Source: Spirochaetia bacterium | Lineage (GTDB): Bacteria; Spirochaetota; Spirochaetia; SZUA-6; Bin103 | DNA length: 64,000 nt | Direction of reading: 5' to 3' | Assembly (NCBI GenBank): GCA_965203905.1 | Contig: CBDBDQ010000005.1 | Span: forward strand, 5,696,001-5,760,000 | Part shown: positions 1-8,583 of the stretch, in pieces | Numbering within the stretch: the stretch's first letter is position 1 | Layout of the letters: each line of letters opens with the position of its first letter | Position numbers and translations under genes: made by a program | The notes under the pieces: model-generated | The model's input: only the letters and a program-made list of their open reading frames with translations | What the model was told of the DNA's origin: nothing | The model's database searches: none

Positions 1-237
1 GCGGATTGCTACAGAGCGTGCCGCACGGGCATGTTTCTTCGCGGCTTCATCGAGCGCCAGCGCAGTTACGACACGCTGCCACGGCATCGTTTGCAGCATC
101 CGCACGAACAGTGCAGGTCTGTCGAGATGGCCCACCCGTTCGCGACGGCCGCGTAGGACCTCGGCTACAGCCTCCGGCCGGTAGCGGTAGTCCCACACGA
201 TCGTTTTCGCGGTACGGGTCAGTTCCGGGTCGTCCAC
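1..237 (-). CDS. Partial small protein resembling antitoxin partners of AbiEii-type nucleotidyltransferases (runs off the window)
   Basis: Not in the ORF track. Manual translation from GTG at 237 (GAGG just upstream): VDDPELTRTAKTIVWDYRYRPEAVAEVLRGRRERVGHLDRPALFVRMLQTMPWQRVV..., showing a 'WDY...R..LF.RML...W' pattern. Confidence 0.5.
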   Translation of the reverse strand, partial: MDDPELTRTAKTIVWDYRYRPEAVAEVLRGRRERVGHLDRPALFVRMLQTMPWQRVVTALALDEAAKKHARAARSVAIR

Positions 238-300
238 TTCCTCAGTGTAGTACCAATCGGTGAGGCCTGCCAAAGTAATGTAGCGGGCCTCGGCGGCTCT

Positions 301-1311
301 TCACGGCATCTCCCGCACGGGGCGGCTGTTGCGTGCAGGACGCGTGGCACCGAGCGCCACGACGTTGTCGACGGCGATCGTCGCGTTCTCGGGGAGCATC
401 GTTTCGCCCTTCTGGGCACCGAGGGCGGCGATGCTGGAGACGCCATTCAGCTTGTCGGTGGCTTCGACCGCGTCCAGGTCGCGGTAGTAGTCGAACCAGG
501 GGAGGCCTGCCTCGGCGTAGCGGGCGGCGGTCGGGGGCTCGGTAGGCGGGCGTTCGCCGGTGATTGCCTGCCACTGCCGGGAGTTGACGATGCTCACGAA
601 GCAGCGGCTGGCGTGGCGCTGGTCCCAGGCGTCCAGGCCATACGGATCGTCGTAGATCTCCTGCCGCATGCGCCCGCCGGGCGCCAGGCCCATCTCGCAC
701 TGTTCCATTGGAGCTTGTGTGGCCTCCGCCATGGAGTACACACGCTTCAGTCGCTTCTTTGCCCGCTGCATTTGTTCGTAGCGCTCGCGCTTCATGGGAA
801 AGGCGATGATCTGCAGGCCGCCGTGCTCGGCAGCGCCGGTGAGCTGCTCTTCGACGGTATAGCCGGCGCCAAGCGGCATGGCCACGAACTGGCGGATCAC
901 GCCCTTTTCGACGCAGTAGCCGTCCAGCCACGGCTGTTCCGGCACGACCAGGTAGTCCTGCGGGTCGCGGTTGAGCCGCTCGGTCCAGGCATCGCCGGTC
1001 ACGGCGCAGATCTTGCCGGTGGCGACCTTGATCGCGAACGGATAGCCGCTCGCTCCGCCAAAGCTGAGCCACATCGCCTCGGCCTGATGCATCGGCAACA
1101 GCACGCCGCCACGGCGCAGCCAGGCGTCCGGAAGCCGGTCCGCGTAGTCGTCCGCGTGGCGCAACGGGAAGCTGCCCAGACCCGGCGGCAGCGGGTAGTC
1201 TGCGCCGTCGTCTGGAATCCGCAGCGTGCGCTGAAAATCGAGCGAGCAGGTCGCGTCCGGGTGGACCTCCGGGAATCGGAACGTGAGCCGGTCGGATTCG
1301 AGCGTAATCAT
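301..1311 (-). CDS. Conserved hypothetical protein (FQRTLRIPDD / QPWLDG / RQFVAMPLG family)
   Basis: GGAGGG RBS before ATG 1311; coding-like codon usage; motifs FQRTLRIPDD..YPLPPGLG.FPL, PEQPWLDG, MGLAPGGRMRQEIY.D, GLPWFDYY. Confidence 0.8.
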   Translation of the reverse strand: MITLESDRLTFRFPEVHPDATCSLDFQRTLRIPDDGADYPLPPGLGSFPLRHADDYADRLPDAWLRRGGVLLPMHQAEAMWLSFGGASGYPFAIKVATGKICAVTGDAWTERLNRDPQDYLVVPEQPWLDGYCVEKGVIRQFVAMPLGAGYTVEEQLTGAAEHGGLQIIAFPMKRERYEQMQRAKKRLKRVYSMAEATQAPMEQCEMGLAPGGRMRQEIYDDPYGLDAWDQRHASRCFVSIVNSRQWQAITGERPPTEPPTAARYAEAGLPWFDYYRDLDAVEATDKLNGVSSIAALGAQKGETMLPENATIAVDNVVALGATRPARNSRPVREMP

Positions 1312-1342
1312 CTGTCTGGTACCCTCCATACCTTCGAGTTGC

Positions 1343-1696
1343 TCACCAGTCACCGTCGCGTACCTCACGCACGACGCGCAGGATGGCGTGATCCGGCGCC
1401 TCGCGGAGCTGGCGCAGCAGCTCGGCAAACAGCTTCGGCCGCCGGCGGATGATCTCCTGCAGATCGCTGGAGACCTTCCCGCCGAGCGCCAGCAGCACGT
1501 CTGGATCCTCGCCCAACTCCCGCGCCAGCCGCTTGGTCGTCGCTTCCGACGGCGGAGCTACGTCACCCCGCTCTATCTTGCTCAGATAGGCCGGCTCCAC
1601 GCCCACTCGCTGCGCCACCTGACGCAACGAGTAGCGGCGGTCGCTCTCCCGCAGTCGCTCTCGGGTCTCTCTGACGGTGACTCCAAAATGAGTCAT
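1343..1696 (-). CDS. XRE-family helix-turn-helix transcriptional regulator
   Basis: SLRQVAQRVGVEPAYLSKIERG HTH_3 motif; likely start ATG 1696 inside the longer ORF 1343..2038. Confidence 0.88.
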   Translation of the reverse strand: MTHFGVTVRETRERLRESDRRYSLRQVAQRVGVEPAYLSKIERGDVAPPSEATTKRLARELGEDPDVLLALGGKVSSDLQEIIRRRPKLFAELLRQLREAPDHAILRVVREVRDGDW

Positions 1697-1719
1697 GTGT
1701 AGTAAACATAACACACATG
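1694..1719 (-). promoter_or_regulatory. Putative leaderless promoter and palindromic operator of the XRE gene
   Basis: CATGTGT-N12-ACACATG inverted repeat overlaps the ATG; the minus strand reads TG-T-TATGTT-N8-ATG with no SD. Confidence 0.45.
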
Positions 1720-1789
1720 GGCCACCGTGGCAACCGGCTACCTGCCTTGCACGGCGGTCACTGGCGGCAATGAGCCGCAGCAGTAACGC

Positions 1790-2038
1790 GAGCAGACCGC
1801 TACGCACGTCGCGCAGGTACTCCCGCACCAGCTCCGCGCGCAGGTCCTCTACCCGCGCCTGCAGTGCTCTGCGGTCATCCCAGGGCACCCGCGCCGTGGT
1901 CTCGAGCAGCGCCTGCAGCATGCCGTTTGCCTGGGCATCGACGGTCTCCGCCCCGAGGCGAATCCACTCCACGCGGACGGACTCCACGACGCGACAGTGG
2001 AGCAGATCGTCGAGATTGATGGGCAGGATGTGGCTCAC
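1790..2038 (-). pseudogene. Internally deleted remnant of an AlbA/Schlafen-domain ATP-binding protein
   Basis: N-terminal LPINLDDLL..R.VES.RVE jumps directly to IRLGAETVDA...RVPWDDRRA..ARVEDLR...VREYLRDVRS.L; the AlbA core and C-terminal part are missing. Confidence 0.6.
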
Positions 2039-2075
2039 CGTTTCTCATTGTCGTCGCCGGCGAGCGCGTTGACAA

Positions 2076-3398
2076 CTATCGCGGTCCGCTGCCAGTGAAG
2101 CGCAGCCCGTCGGGAAGGGAGTACAGCGGGATGTTCAGCACCCGGGCGTCGCGCTTGAGGTTCGAAAGGGTGCTGCGGACCAGCAGCGGCGGGGCGAACT
2201 GGGCGTCGAAGGAGCGCAGGGTCTTGCTGCGCGGATTCACGCCGGCCTTCACTTCCAGCGGCACGATCTCCCCTCCCCGCTCCAGCAGGAAGTCGACTTC
2301 CGCTTTGCCCCCCGAGCTGCGCCAGTAATGGAGCTCGCCCGCCGTCGCCGCGGCCAGTTGTTGCGCCACGTAGTTCTCGACCAGGGCTCCCCGGTACTCC
2401 GAGAACAGGCGGTCACCGTAGACCAGAAGCTGCGGCGCGGCGCCGGCGAGTGCTCCAAGCAGGCCGACATCCAGGGCGTACACCTTGAACGAGCGCCGGT
2501 CCGCGTAGCCGCGCAGCGGCAGGCGGGCCGTCTCGACGCCGAACGCCCGCAGGATGAGGCCGGCGCCCTCCAGCCACACGATGGCATCCTCATAGTCGCG
2601 CGCCCGCGCGCTCGGCTGGATGGCCGAGAAGATGAACTTCCTGTTCTCGCGTGCCAGGTGTCGTGGCAGCGACTCCCAGACCGCGATGATACGGGGCACC
2701 TCGCGCGCCGGGGCGTGCTTGGCGAAGTCGAGCACATAGGCATCGAGGACCGCCTGCTGCACGGCGCGCACGGCCGCTACGTCGCGGTTGGCCGCGTAGT
2801 GGACCACTGCCTCGGGCATTCCGCCTACGAAGTAGTAGGCGCGCAGCAGGTCGAGCAGTGCATGATGGAACGCCTCCGGAAACGGCGCGAGCACGGCATG
2901 TTCCTCGACCACGCTCCGGTAGCGTCCCTCGCCGAGCGCGTCGAGGAACTCGAAGAAGGTCATGGGATGGAGATCGACGAAGTCCACCTTGCCGACCGGG
3001 AACGAACGGGGTGTCGACAGGGCGACCCCGAGCAGCGAGCCGGCGGCGGCAACATGGTACTGTGGGGCGTCCTCGGCAAAGTACTTCAGGGAATTCAGCG
3101 CCGCGTTGCAAGCCTGGATCTCGTCGAGGATGATCAGCGAGCGTTGCGGTAGAATCCGCGCCCCCGCGAAGATCGACAGGTCGCGGACGATGCGCTGGGG
3201 ATCCAGGTCCCGCTGGAACAGGCTGGCGAGGTCGGGCGTCTGTTCGAAGTTGAAATAGTGACTGGCCGCGTAGCGTTCCCGGCCGAACGCCCGCAGCAGC
3301 CAGGTCTTGCCGGTCTGGCGCGCGCCGCGCATGAGCAGCGGCTTGCGCGTCGGCGCGCCCTTCCAGGCAAGCAGGCGTTCGTGCGCATCACGCTTCAT
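2076..3398 (-). CDS. AAA_14 ATPase with DUF4143 (PD-(D/E)XK-like) C-terminus
   Basis: Walker A GARQTGKT, Walker B ILDEIQ, GGMPE, C-terminal EVDFLL...PLEVKAG. Confidence 0.92.
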   Translation of the reverse strand: MKRDAHERLLAWKGAPTRKPLLMRGARQTGKTWLLRAFGRERYAASHYFNFEQTPDLASLFQRDLDPQRIVRDLSIFAGARILPQRSLIILDEIQACNAALNSLKYFAEDAPQYHVAAAGSLLGVALSTPRSFPVGKVDFVDLHPMTFFEFLDALGEGRYRSVVEEHAVLAPFPEAFHHALLDLLRAYYFVGGMPEAVVHYAANRDVAAVRAVQQAVLDAYVLDFAKHAPAREVPRIIAVWESLPRHLARENRKFIFSAIQPSARARDYEDAIVWLEGAGLILRAFGVETARLPLRGYADRRSFKVYALDVGLLGALAGAAPQLLVYGDRLFSEYRGALVENYVAQQLAAATAGELHYWRSSGGKAEVDFLLERGGEIVPLEVKAGVNPRSKTLRSFDAQFAPPLLVRSTLSNLKRDARVLNIPLYSLPDGLRFTGSGPR

Positions 3399-3433
3399 AG
3401 GTGACAACAATAGACCGAAACCGGCCGACCCAC

Positions 3434-3489
3434 CACGTTATTCGGATGAATTTTAGCCTATTACGGCGATTTTACGTCCGAATAGCGTG
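3434..3489. repeat. Imperfect inverted repeat (15-bp stem) between the AAA gene and hicAB
   Basis: CACGTTATTCGGATG ... CGTCCGAATAGCGTG, with two G-T pairs. Confidence 0.7.
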
Positions 3490-3651
3490 AAGGCTGAAGA
3501 GCGTTCTCTGCTGGAGCGCTGAGTAATCGTGCGGCTGACCGCGCCGGAACCGGCTATCGCCAAGGTGAGCTCATCCCGAGATGACCACGGTCTGGCCGGC
3601 TGGAGTCAGGTTGACCGTAGAGGCATTCCGTGCCAATATATGCACGTGGCG

Positions 3652-3839
3652 ATGGTTGAAACGAGGACCAGCGACCTCCGGCGCCGACTGCTGAAGGACG
3701 GTTGGTACTGGATCGCCACGGAGCCGACCACGACATCTATCGGCACCCGACGATCATGGGCATCATCACGTTGCCCCGCCACCGACGTGTCTCGGTCGGG
3801 GTGGCGCGGTCGATTGCCAAGAAAGCCGGCTGGTCGTAG
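3652..3839 (+). pseudogene. hicA: HicA mRNA interferase toxin with a 1-nt frameshift
   Basis: MVETRTSDLRRRLLKDGWY, then a frameshift at ~3709, then DRHGADHDIYRHPTIMGIITLPRHRRVSVGVARSIAKKAGWS*; lies upstream of hicB. Confidence 0.85.
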
Positions 3840-3863
3840 GGCGGATCGAGGGGGATTCACACC

Positions 3864-4250
3864 ATGAGCAGATATCCGGCCTGGATCGACGGTGAGCAAG
3901 GCGCCTATGGCGTCTCGTTCCCGGATCTTCCCGGCATCGTCGCCATGGGTACGACGGTGGACGAAGCGTTGCTGCATGCCGAGGAAGCACTACGCGACTA
4001 CGTGATCGAGACCGAGAAAGACGGCGAGCCGATCACGCCGCCGACCAGTATCGAACACGTCGATACGCCCGATGGATCTACTCTGGTTTCCGTTCCCTTG
4101 ATCCGCCTGTCGGGCCGCAGTGTGCGCGCGAATCTCACGCTCGATGAGGGCGTTGCAGCGTTCATCGACGGCGAAGCGCGACGCCGCAAGATGACCCGGA
4201 CAGCCTACGTCGAGTGGATGGCGCGACGAATCGCTCAGACCGGCGGATAG
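3864..4250 (+). CDS. hicB: HicB family antitoxin with C-terminal RHH-like domain
   Basis: YGVSFPDLPGIVAMGTTVDEAL..AEEAL motif; C-terminal RANLTLDEG...ID..A....TR. Confidence 0.92.
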   Translation: MSRYPAWIDGEQGAYGVSFPDLPGIVAMGTTVDEALLHAEEALRDYVIETEKDGEPITPPTSIEHVDTPDGSTLVSVPLIRLSGRSVRANLTLDEGVAAFIDGEARRRKMTRTAYVEWMARRIAQTGG

Positions 4251-4253
4251 CGC

Positions 4254-5327
4254 CTATCGCGGACGGCTTCGGTTGCGAGCACCGGTGCGCAGCGCCTCGC
4301 GCAGCGCCGGCAGGTAGGTCCGGCTGACCGGCACGAGGTGATCGCCGGTCACGCGCACCATCGTGCGCCCGTCACGCCGCACCGTTGCCTCCAGGTGGCG
4401 GAGAGCCACCCAGTAGGAGCGGTGCACTTGTATGCCGAGGTCGCCGAGTTCGGCGACTGCGGTCCCCAAGTTCATCAATAGGAGACATGAGCCGCCGGTG
4501 GTGTGGACCTCGACGTAGTGGTCGTCCACCGTGACATAGATGATGTCACGGCTCACTGTCGACGACAGCCGGTCGTAGAAACGCGCCTGCCGAGCGGTGG
4601 GCTGGGGTCCGGTAGATGGCTCGGAGCCGTCGCCCGCGTGTTCCCCGGCGGTGCTCCGCGCCGGCGGCTCCGTCGTGACGGGCGTGCCGGGGCTGTCCGG
4701 TGGTGGGCGGTCGCCGGCGAAAGCCGCATCGCGCGCCGCGGGACCGTCGCCCGGGATGGCCTCGCTTCCGCTATCGGCGGCGGATGGGAGGTGTGGGTCG
4801 CCCGCCGGCGCGTCCGCTCCCGACGGCGAGCGGTGTCCGCCAGGGGTCGGGCCGGCGCGCCTGATCCGCTGGAACACGATGTAATGGAAGAAAAGCGTGC
4901 ACACCGCGATCACGATGGTGACGGTCAGGTAGATCGCTCCAAGGGTGGCGCTGCCCGCCTGGTGCGGCCGGAAGAGCGTGTCGGCGGTGTGCACCGCCGT
5001 CGTACACACCATGCCCTCGAACAGCACCGCCGCCGCGACCGCCGGCACTATCTCCACCAGCGAGCGGGAGCGCGTCACGTAGAGCGTTACGGCCGCGGTC
5101 GCATAACAAAGCGGAAACGTCACCACGGCGGACAGGCCCCAATACAGGAGCCGGGACAGCGGCCGGAGGTCAGCGGACGTGCCGAGCGGGCCGAAGATGG
5201 TCATCGCCGCCACGAACAGCGCAATGGTGATCCATGCGATGGTAATCGTGCGCGCCCTCAGGAACTCGCGATAGGCGTCCCGCCACCGCCCGCGCTCCGT
5301 CGCTGCGCTTCGGATGCGGTTCGGCAC
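4254..5327 (-). CDS. Membrane-anchored LytTR-domain transcriptional regulator
   Basis: Four hydrophobic helices, Pro/Ala linker, C-terminal DDHYVEVHT...GIQVHRSYWVA...VPVSRTY LytTR motif. Confidence 0.88.
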   Translation of the reverse strand: MPNRIRSAATERGRWRDAYREFLRARTITIAWITIALFVAAMTIFGPLGTSADLRPLSRLLYWGLSAVVTFPLCYATAAVTLYVTRSRSLVEIVPAVAAAVLFEGMVCTTAVHTADTLFRPHQAGSATLGAIYLTVTIVIAVCTLFFHYIVFQRIRRAGPTPGGHRSPSGADAPAGDPHLPSAADSGSEAIPGDGPAARDAAFAGDRPPPDSPGTPVTTEPPARSTAGEHAGDGSEPSTGPQPTARQARFYDRLSSTVSRDIIYVTVDDHYVEVHTTGGSCLLLMNLGTAVAELGDLGIQVHRSYWVALRHLEATVRRDGRTMVRVTGDHLVPVSRTYLPALREALRTGARNRSRPR

Positions 5328-5389
5328 CGACTTGCCTACCCCATGCCTCGGACGCGCGGAGTGCGAGCACCGTCGGCGGCGGTCCCGAT

Positions 5390-5424
5390 TACGTGAGTTG
5401 CACGGCTGCCGTGCGAGTCACGTA
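5390..5424. repeat. Near-perfect 16-bp inverted repeat in the divergent LytTR/response-regulator intergenic region
   Basis: TACGTGAGTTGCACGG-CTG-CCGTGCGAGTCACGTA. Confidence 0.7.
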
Positions 5425-5528
5425 GTTCCCGTGAAGCTCGCGAATCTGGCATGTCAACCACGTATCAGGGTAGTGAAAACCGCCCGGCCGTCAAGGTAGG
5501 TATACGTTGCGCGGGAGGGAATCAGTCG

Positions 5529-6665
5529 ATGACCGACACGCAGAACGGGCAGGGGAGTCCCAACGCTCTGGGTCCGGGGCGGTTTCTGCATCCATGGGTC
5601 ACGGAAGCGGCGCCGCGGGCGAAGTCCTGCGACGCGGGGCGAGTAAGTCAGCTCCGCCCCGGCGCAGGCCGCCGGCGTCCGCCGGTCGCAGGTGCCGGCC
5701 CGACCAGAGCGAGGTGGCTGCAACCTGACAACCGGCGTGTGCTGATCGTCGATGACGATGAGGGCATCCACGACGACTTCACCGAGATCCTGTTGCCGCG
5801 CGCGGCGAGGGCGAACGACGATCTGGCGACGGCCTTCGTGGGACGGGAGGAGCGTCAGGGCGACTTTCTGCCGGACTTCGAGTTGCTGCATGCGTGCAGC
5901 GGCGAGCAGGCGTACGAGATGGTGCGGCGGGGCCGCGAGTCGGGCCGGCCGGTGGCCGCCGCCTTCGTGGACATCGGCATGCCGCCCGGCATGAACGGTG
6001 TGGATACGATCCGGCGGATGCGGGCAGTCGATGCGGAGGTCGAGATCGTCCTCATGACCGCGTACACGGACAAGTCGCTGTCGGCGATCGTCGGCGACAT
6101 GGAGTTGCTGCACAAGCTGTTGTACCTCAGGAAGCCGTTTGCCCGCGAAGAGATCCAGCAGATCACGCTGTCGCTGGTGGAGAAGTGGAACGTGGCGCGG
6201 GAGCTGGCGGAAAAGCAGCGGCAGCTTGTCAGCAGCCACGGGTGGCTGGCGACGGTGCTGGACGCCGCCGGAGACGCGATCGCCATGTACGACGTGAGCG
6301 AGCGTCTGGTGTTCGCAAACCGCTCTTACGAAGATCTGGTGGGCGCAAGCGAAGCCGAACTGCGAGAGATGGGGCCGCAGGAGGTGGCCGCGTACGTCCG
6401 GCAACGGCTCCGGGAGCTGCGCCTGGATGATGCCGGACGTGGGTTCTTCATCGTCGTCGTCGACGGCGCGGTAGAGCCGGTCGGTGTGCAGACGATGCCG
6501 GAGCAACGCCTGTTCCAGCGCTCGCAGACGCCGGTGCGCGACGAGCGGAGAAGCGTGATCGGCGACCTGTACGCGTACCGGGACGTGTCCGCGGCGATCG
6601 AGGCGGAGCGGATGAAGGCGGAGGTGGTGCGCCTGCGCGGCGAACTGGTGACCGCCGATGGGTGA
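5529..6665 (+). CDS. Response regulator (REC + PAS), no output domain
   Basis: RVLIVDDD, FVDIGMPPGMNG, MTAY, LRKPF, then PAS (VFANRSY...YRDVS); GGAGG RBS before ATG 5529. Confidence 0.85.
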   Translation: MTDTQNGQGSPNALGPGRFLHPWVTEAAPRAKSCDAGRVSQLRPGAGRRRPPVAGAGPTRARWLQPDNRRVLIVDDDEGIHDDFTEILLPRAARANDDLATAFVGREERQGDFLPDFELLHACSGEQAYEMVRRGRESGRPVAAAFVDIGMPPGMNGVDTIRRMRAVDAEVEIVLMTAYTDKSLSAIVGDMELLHKLLYLRKPFAREEIQQITLSLVEKWNVARELAEKQRQLVSSHGWLATVLDAAGDAIAMYDVSERLVFANRSYEDLVGASEAELREMGPQEVAAYVRQRLRELRLDDAGRGFFIVVVDGAVEPVGVQTMPEQRLFQRSQTPVRDERRSVIGDLYAYRDVSAAIEAERMKAEVVRLRGELVTADG

Positions 6666-6804
6666 CGGCACAACGGGCTGAGCCGCGCTGCATGTTCAAC
6701 GTGGCGCGTCGTTCCAGAAGGCGGGACCGGCTCGTGCTCGCGGTATCTCCCACACCTGGCGGCTCTCGCGCGTTGTGCAACTCGGTCTGATGCAACCGGT
6801 TACC

Positions 6805-6833
6805 TAAAGGAGGCGGCGTGTAACGCCGCCTCC
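6805..6833 (-). terminator. Putative intrinsic terminator of the sugar ABC operon
   Basis: GGAGGCGGCGT-GTA-ACGCCGCCTCC 11-bp hairpin followed by TTTA on the minus strand. Confidence 0.6.
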
Positions 6834-6861
6834 CGCGATCGAATTGGAGTGAACGCTCGCT

Positions 6862-8520
6862 TTACAGCGGGCGGACCGGGTGGCCGGTGCCGCGGTCGTG
6901 GGGGCGCGGCGTGACGCCGCCGGTGCCTTCCAGGAACTTGTCCAGGTTCTCCTGCCAGATCTCCATCAGCCGCGGCAGGCCGATCGAGTTCAGGTCCTCC
7001 TGGAACTGGTCCCACTCCTCGTCGGCACCGCCCTCGGTGATCCACCGGGCGAGGGTCTTCTTCACCAGCGCCTGAATGTCAGGCAGCATCGCCTGCTCCT
7101 CGTTGATCTGCGCCGAGGAAAGCATCGGGCGCGGCCAGTACATCTCCGGCCACTGGTCGGAATAGGTGTCGTACTTCACCGTGCCGCACATCTCCGCGGC
7201 CTCGAAGATGAACATGTTCAGGTACATGTCGTTGTCGATCGAGGTGATGAACCCGGGTCCGATCGTCTCCAGGTCACGCCACTCCGACAGCCCGAGGCCC
7301 TCCGGGGTCGGCGCCACGCCGTAGGTGCCGTCTTCGTTCTCGATCACGCGTACGCCGAGCGGCCCCTCCATGGTGGTGAGGCTGTTGAGCGGATCGTACC
7401 AGTAGTCGATCCAGCGCATCACCACCTCGGGGTGCTCGGTGGCGGCGGTGATCGGCGCGATTCCGCGATCCCAGGAGAAGCGGTAGTTGGCCTTCGGCTC
7501 GTAGCCGGGTGCCTTCAGCGCCGGCAGGTACTCCCAGTCCAGCCAGCGGGTGGTGTCCACGCTGTTCTGCGCCCACCAGTCGTTGAAGCTGAACAGTTGG
7601 TCCTGCTTGAACTTGGCAACGTATCCGCTCCAATCGTGGGAAAACACCTCCGGATCGATCAGTCCCGCCTCCCACAGCCGGTGCAGGTACTTCGCCGTGT
7701 CCTTGAAGCCCTCCTGCGTCGGCGCGTAGACTACGTTTCCGTCCTCCACCATCATCAGGTCGCGGCTGTCACCGAAGCCTTCCTCCACCGGCAGGCCGTG
7801 CGCCCAGAAAAAGGTGCTCATGCCCTGAGCACAGTTGCCGAAGTTGAACGACAGCGGGATCTCGTCCGCCTCGCCGTTGCCGTTCAGGTCGCCGGCGTTC
7901 TTTACCGCCATCAGCAGCTCGTAGTACTCCTCGGTGGTGGTCGGCACCTCGGCGCCGAGCTCATCCAGCCACGGCTTGTTCAGGTAGGTCAGCGGACACG
8001 TGGTGGTCCAGCTTCCCTCGTTGAGCTTGAACAGCGCGTAGATGTTGCCGTCGGACGCGGTAATGAACGGACGCAGCGTGGGTTTCTTGTCGAATATCGC
8101 GGTCACGTTGGGAGCGAACTGGTCGATCAGGTCGTTCATCGGCAGGAACGCGCCCGCCTCGCCGTTGCTGACCACGTTGAAGTCGCTCAACGGCGCCCCA
8201 AACGTGTCCGGCAGGTCCCCCGCCGCCAGCATCAGGTTGGTGCGCTCGACCCATGCATCGCCGGGCACCGCGATCCAGTCGACGTCGACCCCGGTAATCT
8301 CGCGCGCCTGCTCCGGCACCATCATCTCGGAGGGATCCTTGACGTGGCTGGCCCATTTCTGCCACACCACGCTGATGGTTACCGGCTCGTCGACAATCGG
8401 GTAGCCGGTGGCGTTGAAGCCGGCGGCTTCGGCGGCGGCCGCCTCCTCCTCACCCGAGGCAAAAGCCGCGGCGGTCACCGCCAGCAACAGGCCGGCGGAC
8501 AAGGCGAACATTCGTAGCAT
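6862..8520 (-). CDS. Carbohydrate ABC transporter solute-binding protein (LplA-like)
   Basis: Signal peptide, GYPIV, NLMLAAGDLPD, PTTTEEYY.LL, DLNGNG.ADEIP. Confidence 0.92.
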   Translation of the reverse strand: MLRMFALSAGLLLAVTAAAFASGEEEAAAAEAAGFNATGYPIVDEPVTISVVWQKWASHVKDPSEMMVPEQAREITGVDVDWIAVPGDAWVERTNLMLAAGDLPDTFGAPLSDFNVVSNGEAGAFLPMNDLIDQFAPNVTAIFDKKPTLRPFITASDGNIYALFKLNEGSWTTTCPLTYLNKPWLDELGAEVPTTTEEYYELLMAVKNAGDLNGNGEADEIPLSFNFGNCAQGMSTFFWAHGLPVEEGFGDSRDLMMVEDGNVVYAPTQEGFKDTAKYLHRLWEAGLIDPEVFSHDWSGYVAKFKQDQLFSFNDWWAQNSVDTTRWLDWEYLPALKAPGYEPKANYRFSWDRGIAPITAATEHPEVVMRWIDYWYDPLNSLTTMEGPLGVRVIENEDGTYGVAPTPEGLGLSEWRDLETIGPGFITSIDNDMYLNMFIFEAAEMCGTVKYDTYSDQWPEMYWPRPMLSSAQINEEQAMLPDIQALVKKTLARWITEGGADEEWDQFQEDLNSIGLPRLMEIWQENLDKFLEGTGGVTPRPHDRGTGHPVRPL

Positions 8521-8583
8521 TGGTTCCTCCTCTGCTCTTTCGGTTCGGATGCTCCGATCCTAACAGGGCTCCGATCCCCTAAG

